Positions 27,095 to 35,321 of a stretch of 64,000 bases of DNA are shown here, in pieces. The translations under genes and the position numbers were made by a program. This DNA comes from a virus. Its lineage: Duplodnaviria; Caudoviricetes. Within the stretch, counting starts at the first letter, position 1, and each line of letters starts with the position of its first letter. The notes below the pieces were generated by a model that saw only the letters and a program-made list of their open reading frames with translations, was not told the origin of the DNA and made no database searches. The stretch lies in IMG/VR virus record IMGVR_UViG_3300035675_000001; one strand, given 5' to 3'.

Positions 27095-27841
27095 CTAAGT
27101 AGATGTGTAGTCTCCGAAAGCCGTGAAGGCCGATGTGCCGTTGGTATCCACGAAAGTTCCCCAGTAAGGCACCAGGAAAGTTGCTGTCCCGTAAGCCTGG
27201 ATCGCCGTGGTTCCGTTGGCGTCCGTGCCCGCGTCCGACGAGAAAACAACCAGGTTGGCCGTGCCGTAAGCTGCCCAGCCCAGCGTGCCCATGCTGTCCG
27301 TGCCGATGTCCAGATAGACCGTGACCGCCAGGTGGGTGCCAAACACGCTCCAGCCAATCGTTCCCGTGCTGTTGGTCCCCATGTCGCCGCCCGGCACAAT
27401 GGCGTTGAAGTGGGTGCCGAAAGCCGCGATGGCCACGTTGCCATTGTTTACAAAATTGAACAGGAGATACTGGCTGATGTTTCCTGGGTTCAGGTCCATG
27501 CCCAACCGGTCGGTGCCGACCAGGCTGGTGATGTCCACTTCGATGACCACGGGGAAGGCGGTCCCGAATGCCTCGATGCCCACGCTGCCATTCTGGTCAA
27601 CCCCGATGTCGGGCACGCCCTCCTGATAGTAGCTGCCGAAGGCGCTGCCGGTGCTCAGGACGCCGAACTGGGGAGGGAAGTCGCCGCCCACGCCCACCCA
27701 CAACCCGTCCTCGTGGAACGAGCCAGCGTCCACGATCTGCGGCGGCGGGAATGTGATCCAGTTGTCCTCTGGTTCCCTGAACACGGAGGACTGCGGGTGA
27801 CCGATGTTCCGGTCACGAAAGCTGCCACGATCTTCTGCCAC
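27095..27841 (-). CDS. Putative structural protein with Gly/Thr-rich beta repeats
   Basis: 248 aa; repeated D..GT..I.AFG units; class III motif upstream. Confidence 0.65.
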   Translation of the reverse strand: MAEDRGSFRDRNIGHPQSSVFREPEDNWITFPPPQIVDAGSFHEDGLWVGVGGDFPPQFGVLSTGSAFGSYYQEGVPDIGVDQNGSVGIEAFGTAFPVVIEVDITSLVGTDRLGMDLNPGNISQYLLFNFVNNGNVAIAAFGTHFNAIVPGGDMGTNSTGTIGWSVFGTHLAVTVYLDIGTDSMGTLGWAAYGTANLVVFSSDAGTDANGTTAIQAYGTATFLVPYWGTFVDTNGTSAFTAFGDYTST

Positions 27842-27844
27842 GCC

Positions 27845-28105
27845 TTAACTACCAGGCGCGGGAACGGGCGGGAGCTTGAAGACCAGGATGCGGGGCTTGT
27901 CGGGGCTGCGGTATCCGTCCGTCGCGCAATCAAATCCCTGGGCGACCAGGATGTAGCGCATGATCTGCGCCTCGCTCATCGTCAACAAAACAGCGTCACC
28001 CGGCTCCATGCTCTTGGCGAGGGAAACCAAGTCATCGAGCCGGGTGCGCTTTCGGGGCCTGGGGATGGGAGGGGGCCAACGGTAAATCTGGAACTCACCA
28101 CTCAC
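27845..28105 (-). CDS. Hypothetical small protein (possible DNA binder)
   Basis: 86 aa; SMEPGDAVLL pattern. Confidence 0.55.
   Translation of the reverse strand: MSGEFQIYRWPPPIPRPRKRTRLDDLVSLAKSMEPGDAVLLTMSEAQIMRYILVAQGFDCATDGYRSPDKPRILVFKLPPVPAPGS
27846..27851 (-). promoter_or_regulatory. Class III motif TAGTTA
   Basis: TAGTTA-AGGC-GTG27841. Confidence 0.7.
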
Positions 28106-28797
28106 TTGATCGGCTGCGGCCTCGGCCCTGGACCGCAGATGGTGGTGATGGCATTGACGTGGCCGTCCAGGCGCTCGCGCTCCTGCTCATAGAGCCGGTG
28201 GAGCTGTGGGTCTCGCGTGGCCCGGTAACCCAAGGCGAGCATGGTCAGGTAGGCCAGCTCTGGCGACTTGGACATCTTGGCCACGAACAGCTTGAACTGC
28301 TCGATGTCCTGGAGCGAAGCCCTGGCCGCTTCCTCGCGCTCGGCCCAGCCTTCCGCCGCCGCTTCGTTGATGACACCGACTGGACCCAGCTTGCGCCGAC
28401 GCTCCAGCTCGGTTTGGATTTGCTCCTGGCAGGTCTGGCTGACAGGCTTGCCGCCGTTCTTCTTGGCTTCTTCCATAGCGAACACTTCCATCAAAGTTTT
28501 GCCCTGTGGCGGAGCCTGACCCGTGGCTCGGTTCCTCCCGTTGACCCACGACTCTGGCCATTTGATTTCGCTCGCGGCGGCGTCCTTGTTGGCCAACCAC
28601 CACGTCGCGTCCTCTATCTGCCACAGGGCATTAAAGACTTCTGCGGGCAGATCGGGCTTCCACTGCTCCATCAGCGCCTCGCGCAAATTGGTAGCCCAGC
28701 TCGTCTGCTTCAAGGTTCCGAACAACCTGGCCCGGCTGCCGGGTTGCGGCAGGTTGGTCAGATCGCTCACATCACACTGAATCAGCTTCTCACCCAT
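28102..28797 (-). CDS. Hypothetical protein
   Basis: 231 aa; LFGTLKQTSWATNLR...ATWWLAN pattern. Confidence 0.65.
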   Translation of the reverse strand: MGEKLIQCDVSDLTNLPQPGSRARLFGTLKQTSWATNLREALMEQWKPDLPAEVFNALWQIEDATWWLANKDAAASEIKWPESWVNGRNRATGQAPPQGKTLMEVFAMEEAKKNGGKPVSQTCQEQIQTELERRRKLGPVGVINEAAAEGWAEREEAARASLQDIEQFKLFVAKMSKSPELAYLTMLALGYRATRDPQLHRLYEQERERLDGHVNAITTICGPGPRPQPIK

Positions 28798-28840
28798 GCA
28801 AGACTTTGTTTACAATTTCAATGTGGCACAAGAAAGAAAT

Positions 28841-28982
28841 GGACGGCGTGCCGCGCCAAGGTGCGGGGGCTTGGCGAACCGGAGCTGCCGATCCATCGGC
28901 AGTTCGGCTCCTTTGTTTGTCACGGTGGGCCTTCAACCCGCAGGCCGTAGCCCACTCGATCAGCCTCGCTTACACGCCGTCC
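28841..28982 (-). ncRNA. Candidate structured ncRNA (multi-branch, complementary loops)
   Basis: 10-bp closing helix GGACGGCGTG/CACGCCGTCC, three internal hairpins, TAGTTA motif at 28988-28993 just upstream, T-rich tail. Confidence 0.55.
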
Positions 28983-28990
28983 AAAAGTAA

Positions 28991-29518
28991 CTACCGGGTC
29001 GGAGCCTTGGCCGGTTTAGGGTCGGGCATCGGCCCACCAGGCGGCACGTCTTTCTGCTCGATGGTCTTCTTGATCTTGGCGCTCGGACCCTTCAAGACCT
29101 CAACGCGCTGCTCGTCGAACCACTGCGGGTCGATGGGCTTGCCATCCTTGAGGTCTTCGGATTCCACGATGACGCGGGTGCAACCATGCAGCCACTCGCA
29201 GCGCCCGACGACGATGCCCTTGTAGCTGGTGATGGTGTCTTTGACTTGGCTTCCTAATTCGATCATGTCTCTCTTTGGGTTGATGGTTAACTTGCCGTAA
29301 TACTTGGGATTGATCGCGGTCTCGGCGAACCGCTTCACAAATTTCTTGGGGATGGTGATGGGCTGCTTCTTGTGGGTGTGGAGGATGTTGCCGGGCAGGT
29401 CGATCCTGATGCCATCGGCATACACAGTCTCGTGGCCCTTCTGCTCCAGCTTCTCGGCTTCGACGTGCGCGACGCCGACGATGCCCTCAATCTCCATCAT
29501 GATCTCGTAGCGATTCAT
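28991..29518 (-). CDS. Hypothetical protein (a second start at 29266, MIELGSQVKD..., is possible)
   Basis: C-terminal half KGIVVGRCEWLHGC...WFDEQR looks like a common small phage protein. Confidence 0.6.
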   Translation of the reverse strand: MNRYEIMMEIEGIVGVAHVEAEKLEQKGHETVYADGIRIDLPGNILHTHKKQPITIPKKFVKRFAETAINPKYYGKLTINPKRDMIELGSQVKDTITSYKGIVVGRCEWLHGCTRVIVESEDLKDGKPIDPQWFDEQRVEVLKGPSAKIKKTIEQKDVPPGGPMPDPKPAKAPTR

Positions 29519-29913
29519 TTCTTGCTCGCCTCCTTCATCTGGCGCTCCAGGTGCGGGTTCATCCAGTCGCGGTTCATGGGCAAATCGCTGAGCAGATTGC
29601 GGATCAGGCTTTTGAGGTATTCGTTCTGCTCGTGGACCTCGTGCTCCCGGCTGAGGATGGCCACGTCGCTGTCCGGCAGGAACCACCACAGGCTCGGCGT
29701 CCGATCATGATGCGCGAAGTCCACCCAGTGGGCCTTCTCGAAGGGCGGGTTGTAGTGGTAGTAGGCGATGCCGAAGTTCTCGACCAGGCCCAGCTCCGGG
29801 CAGGCTTCGTAGTAAACCAGGCAGCGTTCGCTGTGGTCCCACCCGGCCTTCTTGGGCGGCGGCTTGTCCGCAGGCGTGCCTGGAGGGCAGAATTGTTTAC
29901 TTTTCTCGCTCAT
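29515..29913 (-). CDS. Hypothetical protein
   Basis: MSEKSKQF...; ATGA-coupled. Confidence 0.6.
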   Translation of the reverse strand: MSEKSKQFCPPGTPADKPPPKKAGWDHSERCLVYYEACPELGLVENFGIAYYHYNPPFEKAHWVDFAHHDRTPSLWWFLPDSDVAILSREHEVHEQNEYLKSLIRNLLSDLPMNRDWMNPHLERQMKEASKK

Positions 29914-29914
29914 A

Positions 29915-30145
29915 TCAGTTGAATCCGTGCGGGCTGCCCGTCTGCTGGATGGCCTCCATCTGCCGGAACATTTCACGGACCAGCTCCTTGAGCGGGCCGG
30001 GCAGCTTGTTGGGGTCGATGGCGTGCGCCTGGACCTTGACGTGGACACCCGCCTTCTCGGCTTCCTTGTTGATGTGATCCATGAGGGCGATCAGCTCAGG
30101 CGGCGTTGGGGGCAGCGGTGGACGCTTCTTGCGTTTCCTGGCCAT
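29915..30145 (-). CDS. Hypothetical protein
   Basis: MARKRKKRPP... Confidence 0.55.
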   Translation of the reverse strand: MARKRKKRPPLPPTPPELIALMDHINKEAEKAGVHVKVQAHAIDPNKLPGPLKELVREMFRQMEAIQQTGSPHGFN

Positions 30146-30320
30146 GTTGTTCCTCCGGGTTGATGTGTGGCTGCCTGCCGTCCATGATGCCGCGATCTTC
30201 GCGTTGGCACCGGCACAAGCGATACGGGTTCCCGCCCTTGACCTCACCGCACCGGGTGCAGGTCATCTCCTCGAATCCCCAGGCGAGCTTGGAATAGAAT
30301 TGGGGTTTGTCCTGGCTCAT
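30096..30320 (-). CDS. Small Zn-finger-like protein
   Basis: CTRCG...LCRC. Confidence 0.5.
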   Translation of the reverse strand: MSQDKPQFYSKLAWGFEEMTCTRCGEVKGGNPYRLCRCQREDRGIMDGRQPHINPEEQHGQETQEASTAAPNAA

Positions 30321-30706
30321 GCTTCACCTTTCACGGCCTCGGATAGAGGCTTAAATTTGTCAACGACGCCTCCCTCTCGCTCCCGGAACTCAAACAGGGT
30401 GCTATACACTGGATTAAGATGAGCAAAAAGACGGGCGACACTCGAAGTCCACGCCTGGTTCAACTTAAAATCGCTGTCCGCGTCCCGGAGCAAAGTTTCG
30501 TGCCGGAGGTATTCGACGACCGTGTAGGCAGAGTAGTGAGCACGGCGCTCGCCTGCGTTTTTTGCCTGCTGCTCAAAGCTAAGGTATAGCTCCCAGTTTT
30601 TCGTGAGCCAGTCATCGAACCCACGACGAAACTGTCCAGGAATGGCGTGGATAAGCTCTATCGAGACTTCCAGCTTCTCATTCACGGCATCTGGCATTTC
30701 GCTCAC
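30317..30706 (-). CDS. Conserved-looking hypothetical phage protein (lower GC)
   Basis: WLTKN...F...HYSAYTVVEYLR...FKLNQ...ARLF...P...FEFR. Confidence 0.65.
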   Translation of the reverse strand: MSEMPDAVNEKLEVSIELIHAIPGQFRRGFDDWLTKNWELYLSFEQQAKNAGERRAHYSAYTVVEYLRHETLLRDADSDFKLNQAWTSSVARLFAHLNPVYSTLFEFREREGGVVDKFKPLSEAVKGEA

Positions 30707-31032
30707 GATTCACCTTTCACAGCCTGGCGCATCCCGTCCAACTCGACGAGGGCCTTGGCCATTGCGATCTGTTCCTCCTCCGTCCAGGTCCACTCGTGCG
30801 GACTCATAGTGACCCGGTAGGCGCTGCTGGCCGGATGGTTGGTGTGGAAGGGAGTCAGCACTGCTGGCAGCGTGGTCTTGCTGGGCCGGACCTGCCAGCC
30901 GCCGCTCGTGCCGTAGTATTTGCCGCAGAGATCGCGGAGCTGGTTGCAGAGCACGTTGGCTGACGCCTCGCACTCACACACGATGGGCGGCACCAGCTTG
31001 CCCAGTTTGGAATTGTAAACTTCGTGCCTCAT
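30703..31032 (-). CDS. Hypothetical protein
   Basis: MRHEVYNSKLG...; coupled to both neighbours. Confidence 0.55.
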   Translation of the reverse strand: MRHEVYNSKLGKLVPPIVCECEASANVLCNQLRDLCGKYYGTSGGWQVRPSKTTLPAVLTPFHTNHPASSAYRVTMSPHEWTWTEEEQIAMAKALVELDGMRQAVKGES

Positions 31033-31562
31033 TGTTCGAGCTTGGGCTTGGCACCAATCTCCTCGACGCTGATGACCAGGTAGCGCGTGGACCGCCGAAG
31101 CGGGTTGCGTGCGAATGACTCCTCGTAGCGAGCCTTGACCTTCTTGCCGACCAGAGCCTCGATATTCGTGGCCATCTTCGGATCGAGCACACTGAAATGC
31201 CAGACGTTGGCCATCGTCTTGCCGTCCTCGCCCGTGGCGATCCCTTCCATCGCCATGTCGCCCTCCCAGGACTTCGTGGATTTCCAGATGCCCTTGTAGG
31301 AAAACTTGGTGATGGTGCCGACGCGAGTGCCGCTCGATCTGGAGCATCCGCCGCCCGCGCCCAGGACCAGCCCGGCCAGGATGGCGATGATGGCGCAGAC
31401 CACCAGCAATTCGATCAGCGTGAATCCAGTCAGTTTCTTCATAAGCCAATTCCAAAAGCTCTGTTCCGGGGGCCGCGTGACGCAGCGCGAGCACAAATCA
31501 TCCAGCACCAGTCGCGTGTAGCGATGGCAGCGACGACAGTCACCGTGAACGACAATGCCCAC
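31029..31562 (-). CDS. Prepilin-type N-methylation-motif protein (likely start 31442, or 31562 with a Cys-rich extension)
   Basis: MKKLTG-FTLIELLVVCAIIAILAGL type IV pilin signal; C-terminal GTRVGTITKFSYKG...WEG domain. Confidence 0.75.
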   Translation of the reverse strand: MGIVVHGDCRRCHRYTRLVLDDLCSRCVTRPPEQSFWNWLMKKLTGFTLIELLVVCAIIAILAGLVLGAGGGCSRSSGTRVGTITKFSYKGIWKSTKSWEGDMAMEGIATGEDGKTMANVWHFSVLDPKMATNIEALVGKKVKARYEESFARNPLRRSTRYLVISVEEIGAKPKLEQ

Positions 31563-31569
31563 AACATTC

Positions 31570-31574
31570 AGAAC
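31570..31574 (-). promoter_or_regulatory. Class II upstream motif GTTCT
   Basis: CCGTTCT, 7 nt, then GTG31562. Confidence 0.45.
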
Positions 31575-31717
31575 GGAAGTCGGCGAGCGCCCTTCTGCTG
31601 GACGCCACCTAGCTTCTGAAAAAACTGTTTACACCCACAAGCCTCTCAGCGCAAGCCGAAAAGTAAACATTTTCGCGTAGGATTCGTGGACAACCCATAT
31701 TGACGAGAAATCAATAG

Positions 31718-31780
31718 AGTCGTATTCGGCGATCAACCCTTGACTTTTATGGAGTCAAGACCTTTCCTCCGAATACGACT
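31718..31780. repeat. Long intergenic imperfect inverted repeat
   Basis: AGTCGTATTCGG/CCGAATACGACT (12 bp) enclosing CTTGACT/AGTCAAG (7 bp). Confidence 0.8.
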
Positions 31781-32069
31781 ACGGCGCATACCAGTCGTCA
31801 GGATCGTCCGAACAGCAGCCCCAGCCGATGCCCAGGCGGGCCTTGAGCAGCACGCGCAGGAACCGATTGGCTTTCTCCACCGCGCCACAGTAGGTCCGGC
31901 CATCCCGGTAGATCAGCAGCCTGCACGGGGGCTTGGCCTGTTTGCCCAGGGCGATCTCACCGATAGCGCACACCTGCTGGGCGCAGCAATAGCCGCAGCC
32001 ATTACACGGCTGGCCCCGCAGAGGCTTGGGGAGGTAGGGGAGCTGGATCACGCGGAGCTGGGTATCCAA
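31779..32069 (-). CDS. YkgJ-like Cys-rich small protein
   Basis: CNGCGYCC...C...CRLL...CGAVE...GWGCCS. Confidence 0.65.
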   Translation of the reverse strand: MDTQLRVIQLPYLPKPLRGQPCNGCGYCCAQQVCAIGEIALGKQAKPPCRLLIYRDGRTYCGAVEKANRFLRVLLKARLGIGWGCCSDDPDDWYAP

Positions 32070-32325
32070 GGAGCGCCAGGGTTTCCGCGTCCGGCTCTGG
32101 CTCCTGCGCGAAGCTGGTCGCGTCGTTGTTCATCAGGGTGACTACGCGCCTGCCGATCTCGTCCTGCTTGCGGGCCGCTCTGGCTTCCATCCAGCCCAGT
32201 GACCCTTTGCCGGTCAGGAAGCCCCAGCCCCGCATGTCCAGGACGCGCTCGTTCTTGGCGTCGTAGATCATCTGGCCTTCGTCATCGTAGCGGAAGGGCG
32301 GGGTCCAGGGGGCGTAGGGATTCAT
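32002..32325 (-). CDS. Hypothetical protein
   Basis: PPFRYD..GQMIYDA...VLDMRGWGFLTG. Confidence 0.6.
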   Translation of the reverse strand: MNPYAPWTPPFRYDDEGQMIYDAKNERVLDMRGWGFLTGKGSLGWMEARAARKQDEIGRRVVTLMNNDATSFAQEPEPDAETLALLGYPAPRDPAPLPPQASAGPAV

Positions 32326-32354
32326 AAAGCAGGCTTTCGACAAAGCGGGTTGTG

Positions 32355-33119
32355 TTAAGCCGCAGCGCCTTTGCTTTCGACAACAGGCTTCCGGCCTCTG
32401 CCGCCCCACTCGGAGCTGCTGGAGCCAGCGCCCTTTTTCTTGTGGCGATCCGGGATGGTCCCTGGAGGCGGGGGCACGCAGGGCTTGCTTTCCAGGACCG
32501 GCTCACCGGCCAGGCGCTTGCGGATGATCTCGTTGACGGCCTCCATCTCCAAGCCATCGGTGCGCCAGACGCGCCAGCGCCTTTTCTTCTTGTCGTGCTC
32601 CTCCAGGTTGGCAATGCGGACGGTGACCTCCATGCCCAGGCTGCGGGCGATGTTCTTGACGCTGGTGGGCTGCTTGTCGGTGACGAAGCTGTCGCCGATC
32701 TTGCCGGTCGTGGCCAGCTTGCGGAGGACTCCGGTCAGGACGCCTGTGGCGTGGAGCCGGGGAGGGATCAGGACTACGGCTTCTTCGATCTCGTGCTCTT
32801 TCATAACGATGGAACTTTGGGGAACCTGGTTGTGGTAGTAGCGGTTGATCCGGGCGCACATGTGGCACTGGTAGGCATACTGGCTCTTGCTGTTGCCGCA
32901 GGTCGGGCAATGGATGCTGACCAGCCGGGTGTAGCGCCTCTTGAAAACCTGCTTGGCCTGGCTGAGCATGGCAGCCAGTTCGTCGTTGTTGGCCTGGCGT
33001 GCGGCGACGGTCTTCTCCTTCCAGACGCGGAGGGCGAAGTTGTAATCTTCCTCGCTACGAATCTCGAAATCATGATCCAGGCCGCACAGCTCTTTAGCAT
33101 GGCGGAAATAGAATCGCAC
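32355..33119 (-). CDS. Hypothetical protein with Zn finger and GDSF...RVWR domain
   Basis: CPTCG...QCHMC; TAGTTA motif at 33127-33132. Confidence 0.7.
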   Translation of the reverse strand: MRFYFRHAKELCGLDHDFEIRSEEDYNFALRVWKEKTVAARQANNDELAAMLSQAKQVFKRRYTRLVSIHCPTCGNSKSQYAYQCHMCARINRYYHNQVPQSSIVMKEHEIEEAVVLIPPRLHATGVLTGVLRKLATTGKIGDSFVTDKQPTSVKNIARSLGMEVTVRIANLEEHDKKKRRWRVWRTDGLEMEAVNEIIRKRLAGEPVLESKPCVPPPPGTIPDRHKKKGAGSSSSEWGGRGRKPVVESKGAAA

Positions 33120-33125
33120 TGCGTG

Positions 33126-33377
33126 CTAACTACTGGCCGCGTTCAACTTGTCGGCGACCAGCCGGACCACGTTCTCGACCGTGCGGGGCTGGATGTCTCT
33201 CGGCTCGATGGCGATGTTGAACTCGTCGCCCAGGGACACGCAAAACTCCACGGTGTCCAGGCTATCCATCTGGAGTTCGGTATCCAGGTGGGTGCCCAGC
33301 GTGATGTCGCTTTCAGGCTTGAGCTGGGTGCTCGCCAGAACCTTTCGCGTCCGCTCGAATATCTCTTGCTGCGTCAT
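33126..33377 (-). CDS. acpP: Acyl carrier protein
   Basis: 83 aa, acidic; LDTELQMDSLDTVEF with the phosphopantetheine Ser; EFNIAI...TVENVV. Confidence 0.85.
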   Translation of the reverse strand: MTQQEIFERTRKVLASTQLKPESDITLGTHLDTELQMDSLDTVEFCVSLGDEFNIAIEPRDIQPRTVENVVRLVADKLNAASS

Positions 33378-34008
33378 GCCCAGTAGAACCGCTTTCGAGC
33401 CGGAGCTTGCCGCTGATCTCTTTGGCCAGCTCGATGGCCTTGTTACGGTCGGCCACATCCCGACTGGTGCGCTTGCCTTTCTCGCGCCATTTGAGCCGGA
33501 ACTGATTCCGACGAATGGCATAGACGCAGACCATCGCGTCATCGCTCCCAGCCACATGGATGGTGCCCACGCGGTTCTCCAGCTCGTTTCGCACTTCTGC
33601 CAAAGCAACCTTGTTGCTCCGGCAAGAACTCTCGGCGGCGAACACGCGCCGGGTCAGTTCGTTATCGTGGGCCGTGATGATTCCGGTGCAGTCTTTGATG
33701 ATGGTGTCCCGCAGCTTGGCCGAGCGCAGAGTCAGGTCATCGAACTGCGCTCTCAACGGCTCAACTTGCGCTTTGACCTGCTCCTCCACCAACCGTTTCA
33801 TCTCCGCAAAGCAGTCCTTCCGCAGCATCTCCATTTTGTTGTCGATCATGGCTACCCACTTCTTGTCGAGTTCCTTGATCGCCTCTTTGAGTTCAGCCGC
33901 TTCGCCGCTGTGTTTGGTATCAGGCGATCCGAAGCTGCGCTCGATCACGCGCACGCACTTGTCGCCTTCGTATTCCTTAATGACTTCTCTCAAGATAGTC
34001 TCGTTCAT
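33313..34008 (-). CDS. Coiled-coil protein with C-terminal basic beta domain
   Basis: 231 aa; heptad-rich middle; RRNQFRLKWREKGKR. Confidence 0.6.
   Translation of the reverse strand: MNETILREVIKEYEGDKCVRVIERSFGSPDTKHSGEAAELKEAIKELDKKWVAMIDNKMEMLRKDCFAEMKRLVEEQVKAQVEPLRAQFDDLTLRSAKLRDTIIKDCTGIITAHDNELTRRVFAAESSCRSNKVALAEVRNELENRVGTIHVAGSDDAMVCVYAIRRNQFRLKWREKGKRTSRDVADRNKAIELAKEISGKLRLESGSTGHDAARDIRADAKGSGEHPAQA
33385..33389 (-). promoter_or_regulatory. Class II upstream motif GTTCT
   Basis: GTTCTAC; 7 nt to ATG33377. Confidence 0.5.
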
Positions 34009-34017
34009 ACGGCGAGT

Positions 34018-34022
34018 AGAAC
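34018..34022 (-). promoter_or_regulatory. Class II motif GTTCT with tandem TGTTTACA sites upstream
   Basis: CGTTCT, 9 nt, ATG34008; TTGTTTACA at 34034 and 34048. Confidence 0.55.
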
Positions 34023-34094
34023 GTAAATGGAAATTGTTTACAAGTTTTTGTTTACAGCCTCCCTGCTCCCGTCAAGAGTATATCGCCGAATGCG

Positions 34095-34289
34095 TTAAGC
34101 CATCGGATCGAGCTTGTCTTGCAGCTCCCGCTCGAATACCAGGACGATCTCCTTCACCGTGACTTCGCCCTTGGCAACCGCCTGGTCGATCTCGCCGACA
34201 CCCAGCTCCGGGTCGGCCTGGCGGTTTCGCAGCAGGAGGTCAGTCACGACGTGGGCCGTCGCATCCAGGACTTTTTGCCTTCGGCTCAT
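34095..34289 (-). CDS. Hypothetical protein
   Basis: MSRRQKVLDA... Confidence 0.5.
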   Translation of the reverse strand: MSRRQKVLDATAHVVTDLLLRNRQADPELGVGEIDQAVAKGEVTVKEIVLVFERELQDKLDPMA

Positions 34290-34314
34290 TGCGAAAATTG
34301 TCAATGGTGTTCAT

Positions 34315-34791
34315 TCAGGATACGTGTTCCCCGTGGAACATTTTCTGCAACCGAGCCTTGTCAAGAAGGGGTTGCAGGTGCCACTGGTCCTCCGGCATGA
34401 CGAAGGGCACGCAGCCCTTGCGCCGGGCCATCACGTAGCCGTCCACGCACGCCATGCAGCGCATCTCCCCGTGGGCGTCGCTGATACGGTCACCGGGCTG
34501 CGGATGCGCCAGAGTGGCTGCCAGGCGCTTGTAGTGGGCCTTGTCGATCTCCATGCCCTCCATCCGCATCAGCTCCAGCCTGGCCCGCTGGGCTTCTGCC
34601 AGCTTGGTATCCGGGCGCAGCCGGTTGTTGAAGCGGACCCTGGCCAGCTCGATGTAGCCCTCCATGCGCCACTCGGTCGGGTATTTGCCGCTCACCTTGC
34701 GGCTCGACCAGATGATCGTGTTCCGGTCCTCACTCCACTCCTCAAAGAGCGGCTGGCCTTTGAACAGGACGCCGGTGATGATCTTCTTCAT
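34315..34791 (-). CDS. Hypothetical protein
   Basis: MKKIITGVLF...YVMARRKGCVPF. Confidence 0.65.
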   Translation of the reverse strand: MKKIITGVLFKGQPLFEEWSEDRNTIIWSSRKVSGKYPTEWRMEGYIELARVRFNNRLRPDTKLAEAQRARLELMRMEGMEIDKAHYKRLAATLAHPQPGDRISDAHGEMRCMACVDGYVMARRKGCVPFVMPEDQWHLQPLLDKARLQKMFHGEHVS

Positions 34792-34985
34792 TGGAAGCCG
34801 ATGCGGTCGCCATACTTCTCGATCATCTTGAGGATGGCCTCGCGCTGTTTGGGGCTGAACTGGAACGAGTCGATATTGCTTTCGATGAACTGGGCTTCCC
34901 AGCCGGAAACCTCCACCGGGGCATCGTCCAGCTCTTGCAGAAATCGGCTCAGCTCGCCGTCCGTGTAGTGAGCTTTCATCTTCAT
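34788..34985 (-). CDS. Hypothetical protein
   Basis: WEAQFIES...FSPKQRE pattern. Confidence 0.6.
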   Translation of the reverse strand: MKMKAHYTDGELSRFLQELDDAPVEVSGWEAQFIESNIDSFQFSPKQREAILKMIEKYGDRIGFQ

Positions 34986-35305
34986 CCTTTCTTCCACTTC
35001 TCACTCGGATCATCGTCGCCGCCCTGGCGCAGCCGCTCGTCGATTTCCTTGTTGCCCGTGGCGAAGTTGGGCGGCACCTGGGGCAGTGGTTCCTGGCGCT
35101 GGCCCTGTTGCTCCTGCTGGATGAACAGATACATCCCATTCTTGCTCACGCACAAGCCAGCCACTTCGGCGCTGGTCATGACGACGGCACCCTCAAACGG
35201 CCCGCGCTCCGCTTCGCTGACTTCGGTAACCAGCCTGATCTCAATGCTCAGGAAGGCAGTCGGCAACTGCTGGATCGCGTTAACGAGTTGTCCAAGTGTC
35301 AACAT
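34982..35305 (-). CDS. Hypothetical protein
   Basis: 107 aa behind a class II motif. Confidence 0.6.
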   Translation of the reverse strand: MLTLGQLVNAIQQLPTAFLSIEIRLVTEVSEAERGPFEGAVVMTSAEVAGLCVSKNGMYLFIQQEQQGQRQEPLPQVPPNFATGNKEIDERLRQGGDDDPSEKWKKG

Positions 35306-35312
35306 GCAGAGT

Positions 35313-35317
35313 AGAAC
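35313..35317 (-). promoter_or_regulatory. Class II upstream motif GTTCT
   Basis: CCGTTCTAC; 7 nt to ATG35305. Confidence 0.5.
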
Positions 35318-35321
35318 GGAA

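Noticed and set aside
28841-28982. tRNA or hammerhead ribozyme
   Set aside because: No canonical T-loop or anticodon geometry and the closing stem is 10 bp. CTGATCGA resembles CUGAUGA, but the GAAA/UH core is missing.
34047-34075. Class I promoter at TTGACG (34070-34075, minus strand)
   Set aside because: No acceptable -10 at 17 nt spacing; the region is better explained by tandem TGTTTACA sites plus the class II motif.
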